From: Octopus bimaculoides
Taxonomy: Eukaryota
DNA: 47,394 nucleotides
Assembly (NCBI RefSeq): GCF_001194135.2
Contig: NC_068990.1
Coordinates: forward strand, 8,829,676 to 8,877,069
Direction: 5' to 3'
In this document: positions 34,998 to 47,394 of the stretch, in pieces
Position numbering within the stretch: position 1 is the stretch's first letter
Layout: each line of letters starts with the position of its first letter
The notes under the pieces: model-generated
Databases searched by the model: none
Seen by the model: only the letters and a program-made list of their open reading frames with translations
What the model was told of the DNA's origin: nothing
Position numbers and translations under genes: made by a program

Positions 34998-36868
34998 GGT
35001 AAGATTATCAAAAAAAAAAAAAAAACTAAATACTCCATCTGGTGGGAGATAAATATTATTTAATAAACACAATATATGTTTTTATGAGATATTATTAGTT
35101 TCATGCGATGAAAGCAGCTCAGCATTTTATAATATGACTGGTGCCTTCACGCAATTCCCAGCTTCGGGATTATGTGAAGTTACCACACGTGTTAAAAATG
35201 CTGTCTGAGATGATTTCATCGCATGAAATCATTAGTAACTCATAAAAATATATACTGTGTTTTCCAAATAAGATATANNNNNNNNNNNNNNNNNNNNNNN
35301 NNNNNNNNNNNNNNNNNNNNNNNNNNNNNNNNNNNNNNNNNNNNNNNNNNNNNNNNNNNNNNNNNNNNNNNNTATATATATATATATATATATATATATG
35401 CGTATGTGTGTTTGTGCGTTTTAGAACGGTTGTGAATTGAGTGGCAATTGTCAGGTACTTTTAGTCTGATGAGTGACTATGTCGCACAGTACTTCTCAAA
35501 TAATTTTAATTATCACAACTGCTGTCAACAGCATAATAAGCTACTTGCACAAAAGGCATTTTATGAACATAATATGGAATATCAAAACATTTCGATCAGG
35601 AATATTATTAGATGATAAAAATTGAAAGTATTTTTTTTCAAAATTAGGGCAATTAAATGGTGTATCTGTTGCCCCTTCCCAACCTCTTTGTCGCCAGTAG
35701 CCATATAAATTTGAGAAACACTCGTTTTATTGCTATTTATGTAAATTTATCATTGTTATATAATACTATCTATTTTTTAATAGATTTTGCATATATTTTT
35801 ATCGATTCAAAATACAGACAGTATTAGCGTTAAAACAATGATTGTTTTATTGTAAAATTTAAATATTTTGAAAATATTTTGAAAATACCCATTGCAGCTC
35901 TTCACGTCTGAATGGTTAACTATATGGTACAAAGTATTAATGCATATAGTTAGAATAAATAATCTGATGAATAACTAGATGAAGAGAAACAGACATTGAA
36001 CTCGTTCATAAATATACTCTCAAGTTCATACAAATCTAAAGAGAAGAGTAATAAGTGGTCGATATTGTTGTATGTATGTTATATATAATTATATAATGTG
36101 CTTAAGAGAGATAATTCTGTAATAGCTTTATATATTTTCATTACAAGATATAATTATTCTACGGGCGAATAGGTTTTTGGAGACATTGAGCATGATAGAC
36201 TGTAATTATTATAGATTTATATCTATAATACTGTATACATATCTGATGAATTAATGCTAGTTTCCAGGAGGGAAAATGCCGGTAGTTTAATAACAAAGTG
36301 CTACACCACTAAACATTGCGATAATGTGTTCGAAATCTGCATTTATAAACTGTTGTGTCGACGCCCCCAGGCGAAGAAGTAGGATCTCCCAAGACATATA
36401 AATAGAGGTAGTCTGGCCGTGGTAGGTGTGTTGAGTAGCAGTCGAGTAGCAGTTGTGTAGCGGTTGAGTAGAGATCATCCGAAGGTGATAGGTAGCAGTA
36501 GCTTGAGACATAACATAAACATATTCAGAGGAAACTAGTCTTAATCTGCTTTCGCAAATATTATTCCCTGAAGTTCGCAAATTTGGACAGATTTGTATAT
36601 AGGAGAGTGAAGAGAATATTGACGTTAGGAGTATGACCCTTCATTTATGCTTCCTCCCTTAATGAAAAATTGGATGAACCGATAATTAAACTGCCGTTGT
36701 AGCTAGCTGCAAATGTGTCAACTACTCAGTGAGAGGTTTTCATTTGCATGATACTAGTTGTGATGTGGTGCCTTCATAACTGTTGGTCCAGAAATATCAG
36801 GAGAAGATTATATATATGTAACACGACGTCTAGCTAACATCAGAAAGACACAATTAATGATGGAAGAC

Positions 36869-37085
36869 AAGGTGTCAAACTGGCAGAATCGTTACGACGC
36901 CAAACAAAATGCTTAGCGGTATTTCCTCCGACTTTACGCGCCGAGTTCAAATTCCTCCGAGGTGGACTTTGCTTTTCATCATTTCGGATCGATAAATAAG
37001 TACCAGTTGAGCACTGGAGTCGATGAAATCGACTTACCCACTACCCCAAACATTAGTGACCTTGAGCTAAAATTTGAAACTAAAA
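36869..37085 (+). mobile_element. SINE family A
   Basis: CTGGCAGAATCGTT...AAATGCTTAGCGGTATTTC...GAGTTCAAATTCC...GATAAATAAGTACCAGTT...AAAATTTGAAAC. Confidence 0.85.
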
Positions 37086-37137
37086 TGAATGATAGATTTT
37101 CATTATATACTTGACAGGCGAGTGTCATTGACTTTTT

Positions 37138-37139
<2 letters not shown>

Positions 37140-37218
<79 letters not shown>

Positions 37219-37225
37219 CATATAT

Positions 37226-37265
<40 letters not shown>
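37140..37265. repeat. (CA)n(TA)n microsatellite
   Basis: Direct reading. Confidence 0.95.
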
Positions 37266-37266
<1 letters not shown>

Positions 37267-37402
37267 CGACGGGCTTCTTTTAGTTTCCATCTACCAAATC
37301 CACTCACAAGGCTTTGGTCGGCCCGAGGCTATAGTAGAAGACACTTGCCCAAGGTGCCACGCAGTTGGACTGAACCCAGAACCATGTGGTTGGTAAGCAA
37401 GC

Positions 37403-37405
<3 letters not shown>
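37266..37405 (-). mobile_element. SINE family C
   Basis: Minus strand GTAGCTTGCTTACCAACCACATGGTTCTGGGTTCAGTCC (B-box-like) ...CTTGGGCAAGTGTCTTCTACTATAG...GAAGCCCGTCGT. Confidence 0.8.
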
Positions 37406-37433
<28 letters not shown>

Positions 37434-38253
37434 TCCAAAGTATGTACATCTGTCTCTTGGCATGTTCTACTCCGCACATATACGAATTTCTCCATTCTGC
37501 AAGTGTGTAGGATTTATTATAGTTTTAAGACAAACAGGCCACTATGACAGGATGATTCGAATATATATTTATGGCATAGTACTGTGCTTCGGGAGTACTC
37601 AACTTACTTCACTCTCACATGTAAATAGACTCCACTAACATTATCCCCACCATCACCACCTACACCAATGACAACGACATTACTACCATTATTTTATTAT
37701 CAAGACAACTAGAAAAAACTCAACATGGTGGAAAACAAATAACATATTTCCTTCAAGTCACATTTTGCCTACTTAAAAAAGCGTTGGACATATTGACTAG
37801 TTTGGTCTTAGATAAAATTACTCGACTGTAAAATGTATAGACATGGATGGAATTTCGTTATCTGCGGGTAAAGAGTGCCAATAATTACAACGTTGTTATG
37901 GTTACCTATCATCGTTATCATTGTGAATAATGTTGGGCTTAAAAAATATTGAGAACCTCGACTAAAGCAGTCTTATAACGCTAATGTAGTTGATCAAGCG
38001 TTTATAGAGAGGAGGTCGATCTGTGCTTATCCAGAATTCCGATACGTCTTGTTTTAGTAGAGTCTTGGATCGCAAAGCGCTCCTTCGGCGAAGCAAACCG
38101 AGTAAACAGAATATACAAAATTGTCACGCAATGATGCGCTGGCAAACTCAGAGTTCTCATAAAGGTCGCAAAATAAAATCTCCTGATAAAGTTGCTGGTG
38201 CTGTTGTTATTATTTTTCTTTTGCACCCAGATCGTTTTTTTTTTATCAATCAA

Positions 38254-38842
38254 TCAGATATAATGGCAGACAATTTGTTGTCCAGATATCACATGAATTA
38301 TTTTGCAAGACATATCATGCCATTGCTTAGCTGAAGAGAATGCTATATGCCCCGTCATTCATTAGTTAATCTTATAAGTTTTATGGTATCGGCCAAGACA
38401 CGTTGTACTCTCTCTCTCTCTCTCTTTCTCTCCTCCTCTCTCTCCTTCTCTCCTCCTCTCTCTCTCCCTTTATCCTCTGTACAGTCTACTTCTGTACCTG
38501 TTGCTGATGTTTTACCCAAAGTTATCCCCCATAGAATTGTCTTATGATTAAAGGTATCCAAGCTGTGACCATTTTGTCTATTTGCATATGGTGGATGATA
38601 TTGTACAATCTGTAAGTTAGTGTAGGGATTCGAGGATGAGCTATTTCCTATTTCTAGCAAGTTGAGCGTCAACGTAGAGGTTCCCTAGCTTATTCAAGGC
38701 TTCTGTACACGCCCATGTTCCAGACTGAAGACGGTTGAAGTGAACTCACCTGTGTGCGACAGTTATTTTTAATGGTAATGGTGTTGTCGATGATGAGTAA
38801 AATCAAAGAATTATGAAACTTTCTGCAGTAACTCCAACAAAA
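38254..38842 (-). other. Candidate three-exon spliced ORF fragment (unverified)
   Basis: Putative exons 38842-38750, 38609-38498 and 38330-38254. The first intron has CAG|GTGAGT, a CTAAC branch point and TTACAG|. The frame stays open across both junctions. No protein family was recognised. Confidence 0.2.
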
Positions 38843-39619
38843 CTGCAGTAAATAAAGTTTGTTGACGTTTGTTGAAAGATGAACCTTAAAACATTTGAAA
38901 TCTAGTCGACGTCCATATTGAAATTATAATGGAAACTATAAAGGAACCCAGACGACTATTAGCATCTTGCAAATTACTTTCTTATTTTCTTCAAATAATT
39001 AAGGTTAAAAATAGTTTCCATACTGGTTCTATGTGTTATGAAGTATGGAACTAGTAAGTTTCAAAGTATTAAACATTTGTTTTCTCCGATTGCTGCAAGA
39101 ATGTTCTATTTATAACCTCTGCATCTCCACAAAATAAATATCTTTAATTTCTTACATTGGCTCAGTACCAGGAATTTATTGGGAAACGAGAATAATCAAA
39201 TCTCAGTATATTGTTGGCACCTATTCTTTCAACTTTAGAGAAAATTAAAGGGAAAGATGCCCCAGAGTTTGATCTGAACAGTTTGTCTCCTTTAGGAGAC
39301 AAACTATTGTGATAAATAATTTATCTCACAACTCCATCGGTTCAGTCTACTCCAGATTCATATACATACGAACATACATATAAACATATGTACCTACTTA
39401 CGTACACACGCATTTATGAAATATTTAGATATATAGATAGATATGGATACAAATATACACTTCCTTCACCAGCTCTCGGCTAGAATGCCCAGCAATTTTC
39501 ATGGTGCCAAGCAGGATTGCTGCTATCAAGGAATGATGGCGTCCATACTATAGCAATCTGGGTATAAGTATATCCACTCCAACCATGCGGCAACTAATTT
39601 GTCTTCCTCGTCATTCCTC

Positions 39620-39626
39620 CCTCTCT

Positions 39627-39673
<47 letters not shown>

Positions 39674-39715
39674 AGTGTGTGTGTGTGTGTGTGGAGAGAG
39701 AGACAGAGATAGATC

Positions 39716-39772
<57 letters not shown>

Positions 39773-39800
39773 GTAGATAGACAGATAGATAGACACACAA
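39620..39800. repeat. Compound (TC)(TG)(GATA)(GACA) microsatellite
   Basis: Direct reading. Confidence 0.92.
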
Positions 39801-42577
39801 AGAGAAACAGAAGAGAGGGAGAGAGGGAAGAGGGGGAAAGAGAGCGAGAAAGGGGGAGAAAGGGATAGTGAAAATGAATACGAAATCAAAACTGTTGTTG
39901 TACGGCTGGAATAAATACAGTTACACCCAGAATGGTTACAGATGCATGGATGAAGAGGGAGTAGTGCTAGAGTATGAGCCGAAACTTTCATTGGTTGTAG
40001 CATTCCTGCTTGGAGCGCTACAAAGTGCCAAAACCGTTCCGCACTCCAGTCGACAGCTAATGAAACGAATGTTCTGCCATGCAAGCGGTAAAATATTAAT
40101 CTTCATCTTTTATCTCTCTTCAAAAGTAATGCTAAGTACGAGAAATTGGAGGAGTGTTGTAGCAGTAGTCATTAAGGGAAGTTATTCAAGACATTAGAAA
40201 TAGCTGTTGTTAGAAGCTGCCTTCATCATTTTGGGTTAGAAGTAGCTACACCGTCAGTTAACAAAAATGTTCAACATAGTAAATATACAGAGTTATAAAC
40301 TATCATATCATTCGTTTTGTATACAGTTGAGACTCGGAATTATCTACTGTAAACATCAAAAGTTGTGTATAATTGATATCTTTCATTGATACAAAGACAC
40401 AACATTTATGGTGTCATAGTTAGTTTAATCAATATCAGTATCTGACTTGCTCTTATCTCCTCAAACTACAAAGGATTTGTCTTCAGAAGCTTGAAAGTGA
40501 AACGACTGAGAAGTATATTGTCTGCTATTCTAGTCATTCTTTGAATTCCCTGATATTGTCGTTCTGTATAATAAGCAACTGCTTACTTCAATTTGAAGTG
40601 CTAACCCCAAATTCTGCCAATACAAAAGATAACCACGTTAAGCTTACTTAGCTAGATTTTGTGATGACGAAAATGTAAGAGTTTAGATCACGCTCCACTA
40701 ATCTTAAATTTCTTAAAGGATTCACGGAAAGGAGCGACGTTATCAGAGCAGCTGCATTAGGAAAATTAGTTTCCTCTTCTACATTAAGCATTATTTATTG
40801 AAATAGTATTAAGCCTAGAGATGTACAGCTAACAATAGAAAGCCGATCTAACCACCTTGCTGTATAATAATTTCTTCTGTCTACATCTGATTTTAAATTC
40901 CCCCTGGGTAAACTTTGTGTTTTATTCATTTCAGGTTGTTAACGTAAAGAACAGAAATATATTATGACAGACTTGATTCAGGTCTAACTTTGGACAGTTT
41001 CACGAACGCCATTCAAGAAGCAATGAAAACCAACCTTTACTTCCCTCCATTTCTAAAAGTAGAATCTTAGTTTGACATGCCGTTCATGGTGTAGTTCAAC
41101 TAAATTGACTTCAACAGAAACCGAAATTAGGTCGGGATTCAATTTGTCTGAAGCTTTTATCCCTTACAAAACAACTATTGCATTTAAAATTTGCTGCTAT
41201 ATTTGCGTATCAACACATAATTATCTGCAAAGAGATTTCTTCACAAAAAATGTAATTTAGTGACTTGGATCTTTGCTCTGAATTTGAACACTGTCACGTA
41301 TACATACCTGTTTCTCTGAATATATTTCATTGATTTTATATTGAAATATATAAGTCACGTAATGTGACTGATCGTCAGAACACAACCGAAAACTCTGTTC
41401 CTTTTTTAATATACGAATGGAAAATTAACTTGACCAATCATATTCTCAACTTAATTTTTTTTTATATATTCATCCGTGACAACACTGCATGTATAAAGTA
41501 CGTGACAAAATGAGTGAATGAATCATTTAGCTTGTAAAGCGAGAACAGATCTATAAGGCGTTTCCTTTATTGTGTATGCGGACATGAGTGTAAACATATA
41601 GACATGACAGAAATAATAGAACTTTAAATAGAGAAAAATAATAGAGATTTAAATAAACAAAACAAAAAAAGCATATGGTATTTGAAAACAGCCCTTTATG
41701 TCATGGGTTTGCGTCTTACTCAGTCTTTGTTTTCCGAGAGCGATAAAATAAGACCCAGTCCAGAAATACCGAGTTCGACAGTCGACTACAGCATTGAAGG
41801 TGAAGATCTACACACACACACACATACACACATTCACGAAGGCACACAAATAAATATACATGTTTAGGATAGTTTCTGCATGCGTAACTATGTGCAATGA
41901 GTGTTATCTGTTTACATGCATGGATATACATAATTTAGACAAATAGCCGGAAGGAAGAATAATGAAAGGAACTAATATAACGAGTACCTGTGCGAATGAG
42001 TTTGTATATAGTATTGTCACAGTTAAATGGCTGGAACAAATAAAAGAATTACATAACTTAAATGCATGCGCGTGTGTGAACGCATCCCAGCATGGCCGCA
42101 GTCAAATGACTTGAACGAACCAGTGAAAGCATAAAAGTGTGTGCGTGCGAGAGCGTGAGTGTGTGTGTCCCCAAATAAGTCCTGTGCGGCAGCGTGACGA
42201 ACTATGTGATTTTTCATGAAGGGAAAGCGGTGAGCTTGCAGAATCATTAATACGCCAGGAAGAATGCCAAGGGTTATTTTGTCTGTTTTAACATTCTGCC
42301 AAAATTGACTTAACCTTCCATCCTTGCGGGGTTGATAAAATAAGTACGATGCTCCAATGATTCTATTAATTTTCTTCTTCGCTTCCTATGAAGTTAATCT
42401 TCATCATTCTTATTCTCAAAATGATAACATTGATGATGTTATTTCTTTGGATGAGATAATATTTAAACGTTTCCTTAGTAACATTTCAACCACAATTCTC
42501 CATTATTTTTTCATTTATCATTACTTTGTCTTATTTCTCTTCTCTGTCTTACCCCGCGTATCCTTTAACACTAGGAT

Positions 42578-42580
<3 letters not shown>

Positions 42581-42641
<61 letters not shown>

Positions 42642-42845
42642 TCTCTCTCTCTCTCTCTNNNNNNNNNNNNNNNNNNNNNNNNNNNNNNNNNNNNNNNNNN
42701 NNNNNNNNNNNNNNNNNNNNNNNNNNNNNNNNNNNNNNNNNNNNNNNNNNNNNNNNNNNNNNNNNNNNNNNNNNNNNNNNNNNNNNNNNNNNNNNTCTCT
42801 CTCTCTCTCTCTCTCCCTCTCTCTCCCCCCTCCCCCTCTCTCTTT
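42581..42845. repeat. (TC)n microsatellite spanning a gap
   Basis: Direct reading; N gap at 42659-42795. Confidence 0.93.
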
Positions 42846-43904
42846 CTCTCACTCGCTCATTCGCTCTTGTATTTCAACTCCTAAATCTCATGTTTATTTC
42901 TGCTTCCTCTTCAGCTCTGTCGTCCTATATATGCTATTATTCTCATCCACTCTTTTCTTTTTCAGCTTCATTCCAATCTCTTCTAATTCATCTTAGACCT
43001 CTCATGCTTCTCCTTTTCATCTTATATTCCATGCCACCACCCCCTCGCTCACCTTCAACTCCTTTTATTTAAACCTCTTCTCCCTCACCTGGCACCACTT
43101 GTATGACTCCTTGTGGTCCCGTTAAAGGAGCATGCTTAATACAACAGCACCATTATATAACAATGTAAAACTGCTTCAATAGACGAGATGTTCTTGGCCC
43201 TTATCGATTCTAGTTGCTTGATTTTCTAGAATTGTTTAGTTCCATCAGCTTTAGTTGGGTTTCCATTGAGTCTGGAAACCACTCAACTGAAGTGGACAGT
43301 ATCTGGATACTTCTATTGCTTTTATAACAATCAAACAGTATAACTAGAAAAATAAGCGTACATTACGGAATATAACTTAAAAGTGCATTGATTGAATGAG
43401 ATTCAATATTTTATATAATTCTTCATGTGTATGTGTTTAGAACGTATGTATACGTCAATGCCGATTGTATAAATTCATGTTTATACATAAATTATACGCA
43501 TACAGAAAAACGAGGAAACAATTATACACTCACCCACGCACTCACTCCTTTTCTCGTTATTTATCTCTCTCTATCTCTCTCAGTCACACACATACACATA
43601 TACACATTCACACAGACACACAAACATATATACATGTTTATGATAGTTTATGCATGCGTGTGTAACTATGTGTAAAGTGTGTTATCAGCTTACATGCATG
43701 ACTATACAAGATTTAGACAAATAGCCAGAATGAAGAACAATGAAAAAGACTAATATAACACGTACATGTAAGGGCGGGCTTGTATATAGAGAATGATATA
43801 AAACCCAATATAGAGAGCGAAATAGATTTTGGGGGTAGTTATTAAAGTGTAACTATAAGAACATACATTCAAAAGTCGTTTAGGCATATACGTCCGTATA
43901 AATT

Positions 43905-43909
<5 letters not shown>

Positions 43910-43991
<82 letters not shown>

Positions 43992-44096
43992 TATTACATA
44001 TATTTATATATAGGTATATATATATGTTTCTATATATGTACATAAATAGATACAATGATATACATAAACTCGCCTATATATATATATGAAAAGGAA

Positions 44097-44176
<80 letters not shown>

Positions 44177-44227
44177 GTAGATAGATAGATAGATAGATAG
44201 ATTGATCGATTGATTGATTGATTGATT
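43910..44227. repeat. (CA)(TA) and (GATA)(GATT) microsatellites
   Basis: Direct reading; two arrays separated by AT-rich sequence. Confidence 0.9.
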
Positions 44228-44374
44228 GTTGGATATGGACAAACATGTGCGGCTGCTTGTGTGAGTAAATGACCATAGAAAAGCAATTAAGTAGAGAAAT
44301 TTTGAGTTTCAGAAGACAATTGATGGGAATAAATGCAGTAAATTACAAACGTTCATGTGTATGCATATATATGT

Positions 44375-44410
<36 letters not shown>

Positions 44411-45144
44411 TTATATATATGTGCGTGTGTTTGAGTGTACATATATATACATATATACATATGTTATATGGTTATATGCGTGTGTGTTTATATATATACA
44501 TGTATGCATACATACATGTATATATATGTGGAGAGAGAAAGAGAGTGAGAGAGAAAGAGGCAGGGACACAGACAGAAGTATATAGATCTAAATTGATATG
44601 ATTAGATTCACAAATATTCATATCCATATAAGCATGCATGTATACGTATATAATATATGTGTGAGTTTGTTTACGCGCGTGCACTGCGCATCCATGTTAA
44701 TGTGAACCTGGTAAACTCTGTGGAATGTCTGTTTGTTTATGAATAAACAATTAGCACAGCTAAGATAAGTTCTCCCCGCTTCATCGTGATTATTTCAGTA
44801 GAAAATCTTCTCACTGCACCATCTGCAGAAACTAACTCAACTATAGTAACAGAGGTTATTGATTTGACTGGAGGCCACTGAAATGGAATATCAAAGATAA
44901 ATGTTTTGTTCTCTATAATGTAGTCCAGTATAAAGTTTTGTATATGGACTCGTGTGTGTACACTTGCGTGGTGAACTAGTTCGTTATGCCATGGCTAGGT
45001 CCAGACTCTATACCATTAGGCGGCACCTCGGGCAAGTGTCTTCTACCATAAACTTGAAGTTATCCAACACTAAGTGAATTGAATTTTATAATGCTGTAGT
45101 ATGGCTGCTCTCTTATAACTGAACCCACATGTGTGCGTGAGCTT

Positions 45145-45281
45145 ATGTGTGTGTATGTTTGTGGGTGTGTGTATGTTTGTGGGTGTGTGTATGTTTGTGT
45201 GTGTGTATGTTTGTGTGTGTGTGTGTGTGTGTTTGTGGGTGTGTGTATGTTTGTGTGTGTGTATGTTTGTGTGTGTGTGTT

Positions 45282-45312
<31 letters not shown>

Positions 45313-45482
45313 TTTTATATATAAATATAGTGCCCCAGCATGGCCACAGCCTCAGGGCTGAAACGTGTAAAAGAATAAAAGAATATATAAATGTGTGTGT
45401 GTGTGCGTGTGTGTGTGCGTGCGTGTGCGTGTGTGTGTGCGTGTGTGTGTGTGTGTGTGTGCGTGTGTGTGTGCGTGTGTGT
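45145..45482. repeat. Degenerate (TG)-based arrays around a SINE 3' remnant
   Basis: GTGTGTATGTTT-like units; CCCCAGCATGGCC...AAAAGAATAAAAGAATA at about 45330-45385. Confidence 0.8.
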
Positions 45483-45569
45483 ATAAGTATGTATGTATGC
45501 ATACATATAGATGTGTAGCGTACACTCGAGTGAAATTCTTCTCCCCTCTTTTGTATATACATACATACG

Positions 45570-46166
45570 AACGTAGTAGATAACAGCTAGCCTTTGGCCG
45601 CATTTTGGACCCTGCTGCGTCCACTACTCTGATACGTTGGTATTGTAGCTTTGAGCCTACAACTTCTTATAAAACTCCAGCCTCTCCCCGTTTCGATGTC
45701 TTTCAGTTCCAGACCTATTAAAGTCTAGCTACAGACCACACAAGACACTGCCAGTTCCAGCGACAACACAACAGCAGCCACGTGGAGACTCTCCAACTTC
45801 GTCCAACAGCATTCGGCGACCTCCATCTCCGTCGCCACCATTCGACCCAACGTCAACATCTCTCTACGTTCTCGCACTGGTTACAACACTGCACTGTTCG
45901 TAAATTACTTCACCATGGATCAACAGTGAATTTGCAACCTGCGAGAATTCCTGTACCAAGTGACCAAGGCAGCAGCATAAAAGCCACGACTTCACGTACG
46001 ACATGTACCACAACCGGCTCTGCATCATCGCCACAACTTCTTGATACAGTATTTCAACTATCGTGTACAATTAACAGTATTCAGTATTTTCATTTCTACT
46101 CTGTGTATAAAGCTGCAGCTTTTGCGGTTTGGGGAGGTATATTCAGTTATATGGACCCCATACGTT
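45570..46166 (+). mobile_element. Possible solo LTR
   Basis: About 600 bp, GC-richer block bounded by AACGTA...TACGTT, with TTATAAAA near 45665 and TATAAAG near 46105. No TG...CA ends or TSD were confirmed. Confidence 0.35.
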
Positions 46167-46939
46167 ATTAATCCTTAGTGCAGTCACTGTGGAAATAAGA
46201 AAGACTAAGTCGGACTCGGTGAAGATTAAACACATATCAGCAAGGAGGAGATTCGTGAAATTCTTTTTCCATCGACACCAAGTATCAGTCTGCTTATGGA
46301 CGATACTATTGACATGTGATCTTCGTAACTTTCCTTAGAATAGAAACATGACCATCGTCTTCACTTATCAGATGATTATCTTTTGCCTCACAGTACTCAA
46401 CATGAATGAAACTAAATAATTAAAGGAAACTTTCGGCATCAGACATGCTCGTCATTTTTATCTAATTGGTATTCAATCAGTACGTCAGGCAAAATCATAA
46501 TTACAAACCATAATTTACTAACCGCCAGAATTTATTTACAGATCAGTAGTAGAATTTAACGAATACTTTGCAACCTATTACAGCCAGGTCACTCACCTCC
46601 CAACCTTTCTAATGACGTCTATTTCCTCACAGATCGTTAAAACACTTCTAGTAACTAATGTCGCCAAATACTGATTTAACCAATTCTATAACTGTTATGA
46701 CATGCTGATCATGTGCTCATTTATTGGACATACACAGCTATAATCACTGTTATAAGTATTAACTACTTCAAAACCTATTAATCCGGATTGCTTAGCTTCA
46801 GTCAGTTCGTTAACTATGAATTCAAATACATATAGATGTGTACGTACGTATGTATGTATGTATGTCTGTAAATATTTATGTATTTCTGTATATATTTATG
46901 CATGTACGTATGTATATATTTATATGTGTGTGTATAAAG

Positions 46940-47018
46940 ATAGACAGACAGACAGACAGACAGACAGGACAGACAGATAGACAGATAGACAGACAGATAG
47001 GCAGACAGACAGACAGAC

Positions 47019-47068
<50 letters not shown>
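46940..47068. repeat. (GACA)(GATA)n microsatellite
   Basis: Direct reading. Confidence 0.95.
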
Positions 47069-47280
47069 CTTTTTATTATAGCCAGACAGGGCTAAATACA
47101 GAAAATGGACAAATTACAAAGTAGAGCTTTNNNNNNNNNNNNNNNNNNNNNNNNNNNNNNNNNNNAATTTCGATCAAAAGGGATCGCGGAAAAAAGGGGG
47201 GGGGTTTCGATCAAAAGGGATCGCGGGAAGAAAAAAAAACGTATTTATATATGCATGTGTATGTATGCATGTATATATAG

Positions 47281-47313
<33 letters not shown>

Positions 47314-47394
47314 CATTTCTTTTATTAGCCACACAGGGCTCAACGAAGATGGGACAAATACAATGTAGAGCTTTTCTTTTTGGGAGGGGGAAGG
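47069..47394 (-). mobile_element. Two tandem retroposon 3'-end fragments, each abutting (GATA)n
   Basis: TTTTATTA(TA)GCCA.ACAGGGCT...GGACAAAT..CAA.GTAGAGCTTT occurs at 47069-47130 and 47315-47375. Confidence 0.55.

Noticed and set aside
35466-35490. CTGATGAG-TGAC-TAT-GTCG as a hammerhead
   Set aside because: No GAAA or stem III follows.
36351-36578. TG...CA-bounded block with TATAAA as a solo LTR
   Set aside because: No TSD, an ambiguous right end and no second copy in the window.
38059-38190. Minus-strand frame EILFCDLYENSEFASASLRDNFVYSVYSVCFAEGALCDPRLY*
   Set aside because: It looks protein-like but is out of phase with the upstream candidate exons, and I recognise no family.
43241-43296. 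Imperfect hairpin GGTTTCCA/TGGAAACC as a pre-miRNA
   Set aside because: The stem is short and bulged, and it cannot be distinguished from chance.

Overview
AT-rich eukaryotic DNA, dense in microsatellites, with seven N-gaps that all abut simple repeats. The tRNA-derived SINE families resemble those I know from octopus, so the source is probably a coleoid cephalopod short-read assembly (inference). I cannot confidently call any intact host gene. Almost all ORF-track entries are microsatellite artefacts or decayed transposon frames. Recognisable content: (1) about nine fragments of R4/Dong-clade RLE-type LINEs, often next to (TAA)n; (2) an internally deleted Ty3/Gypsy (K02A2.6-like) element at about 23.9-25.6 kb; (3) a Tc1 DD34E pseudo-transposase, a DD37D (maT) remnant and a mariner end clustered at 32.9-35.0 kb; (4) a probable piggyBac relic; (5) three SINE families. 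The most interesting signal lies outside the ORF track: four different minimal type-I hammerhead ribozyme motifs of the Penelope-like-element kind at 5477(+), 23750(-), 30665(-) and 32689(+). The 30665 copy has an intact core, and the 5477 copy has a CUGUUGA core variant. Other leads are two diverged inverted-repeat pairs, a template-switch composite SINE insertion, a local direct duplication and a weak three-exon minus-strand splice candidate at 38.25-38.84 kb. All identities are estimates by eye.
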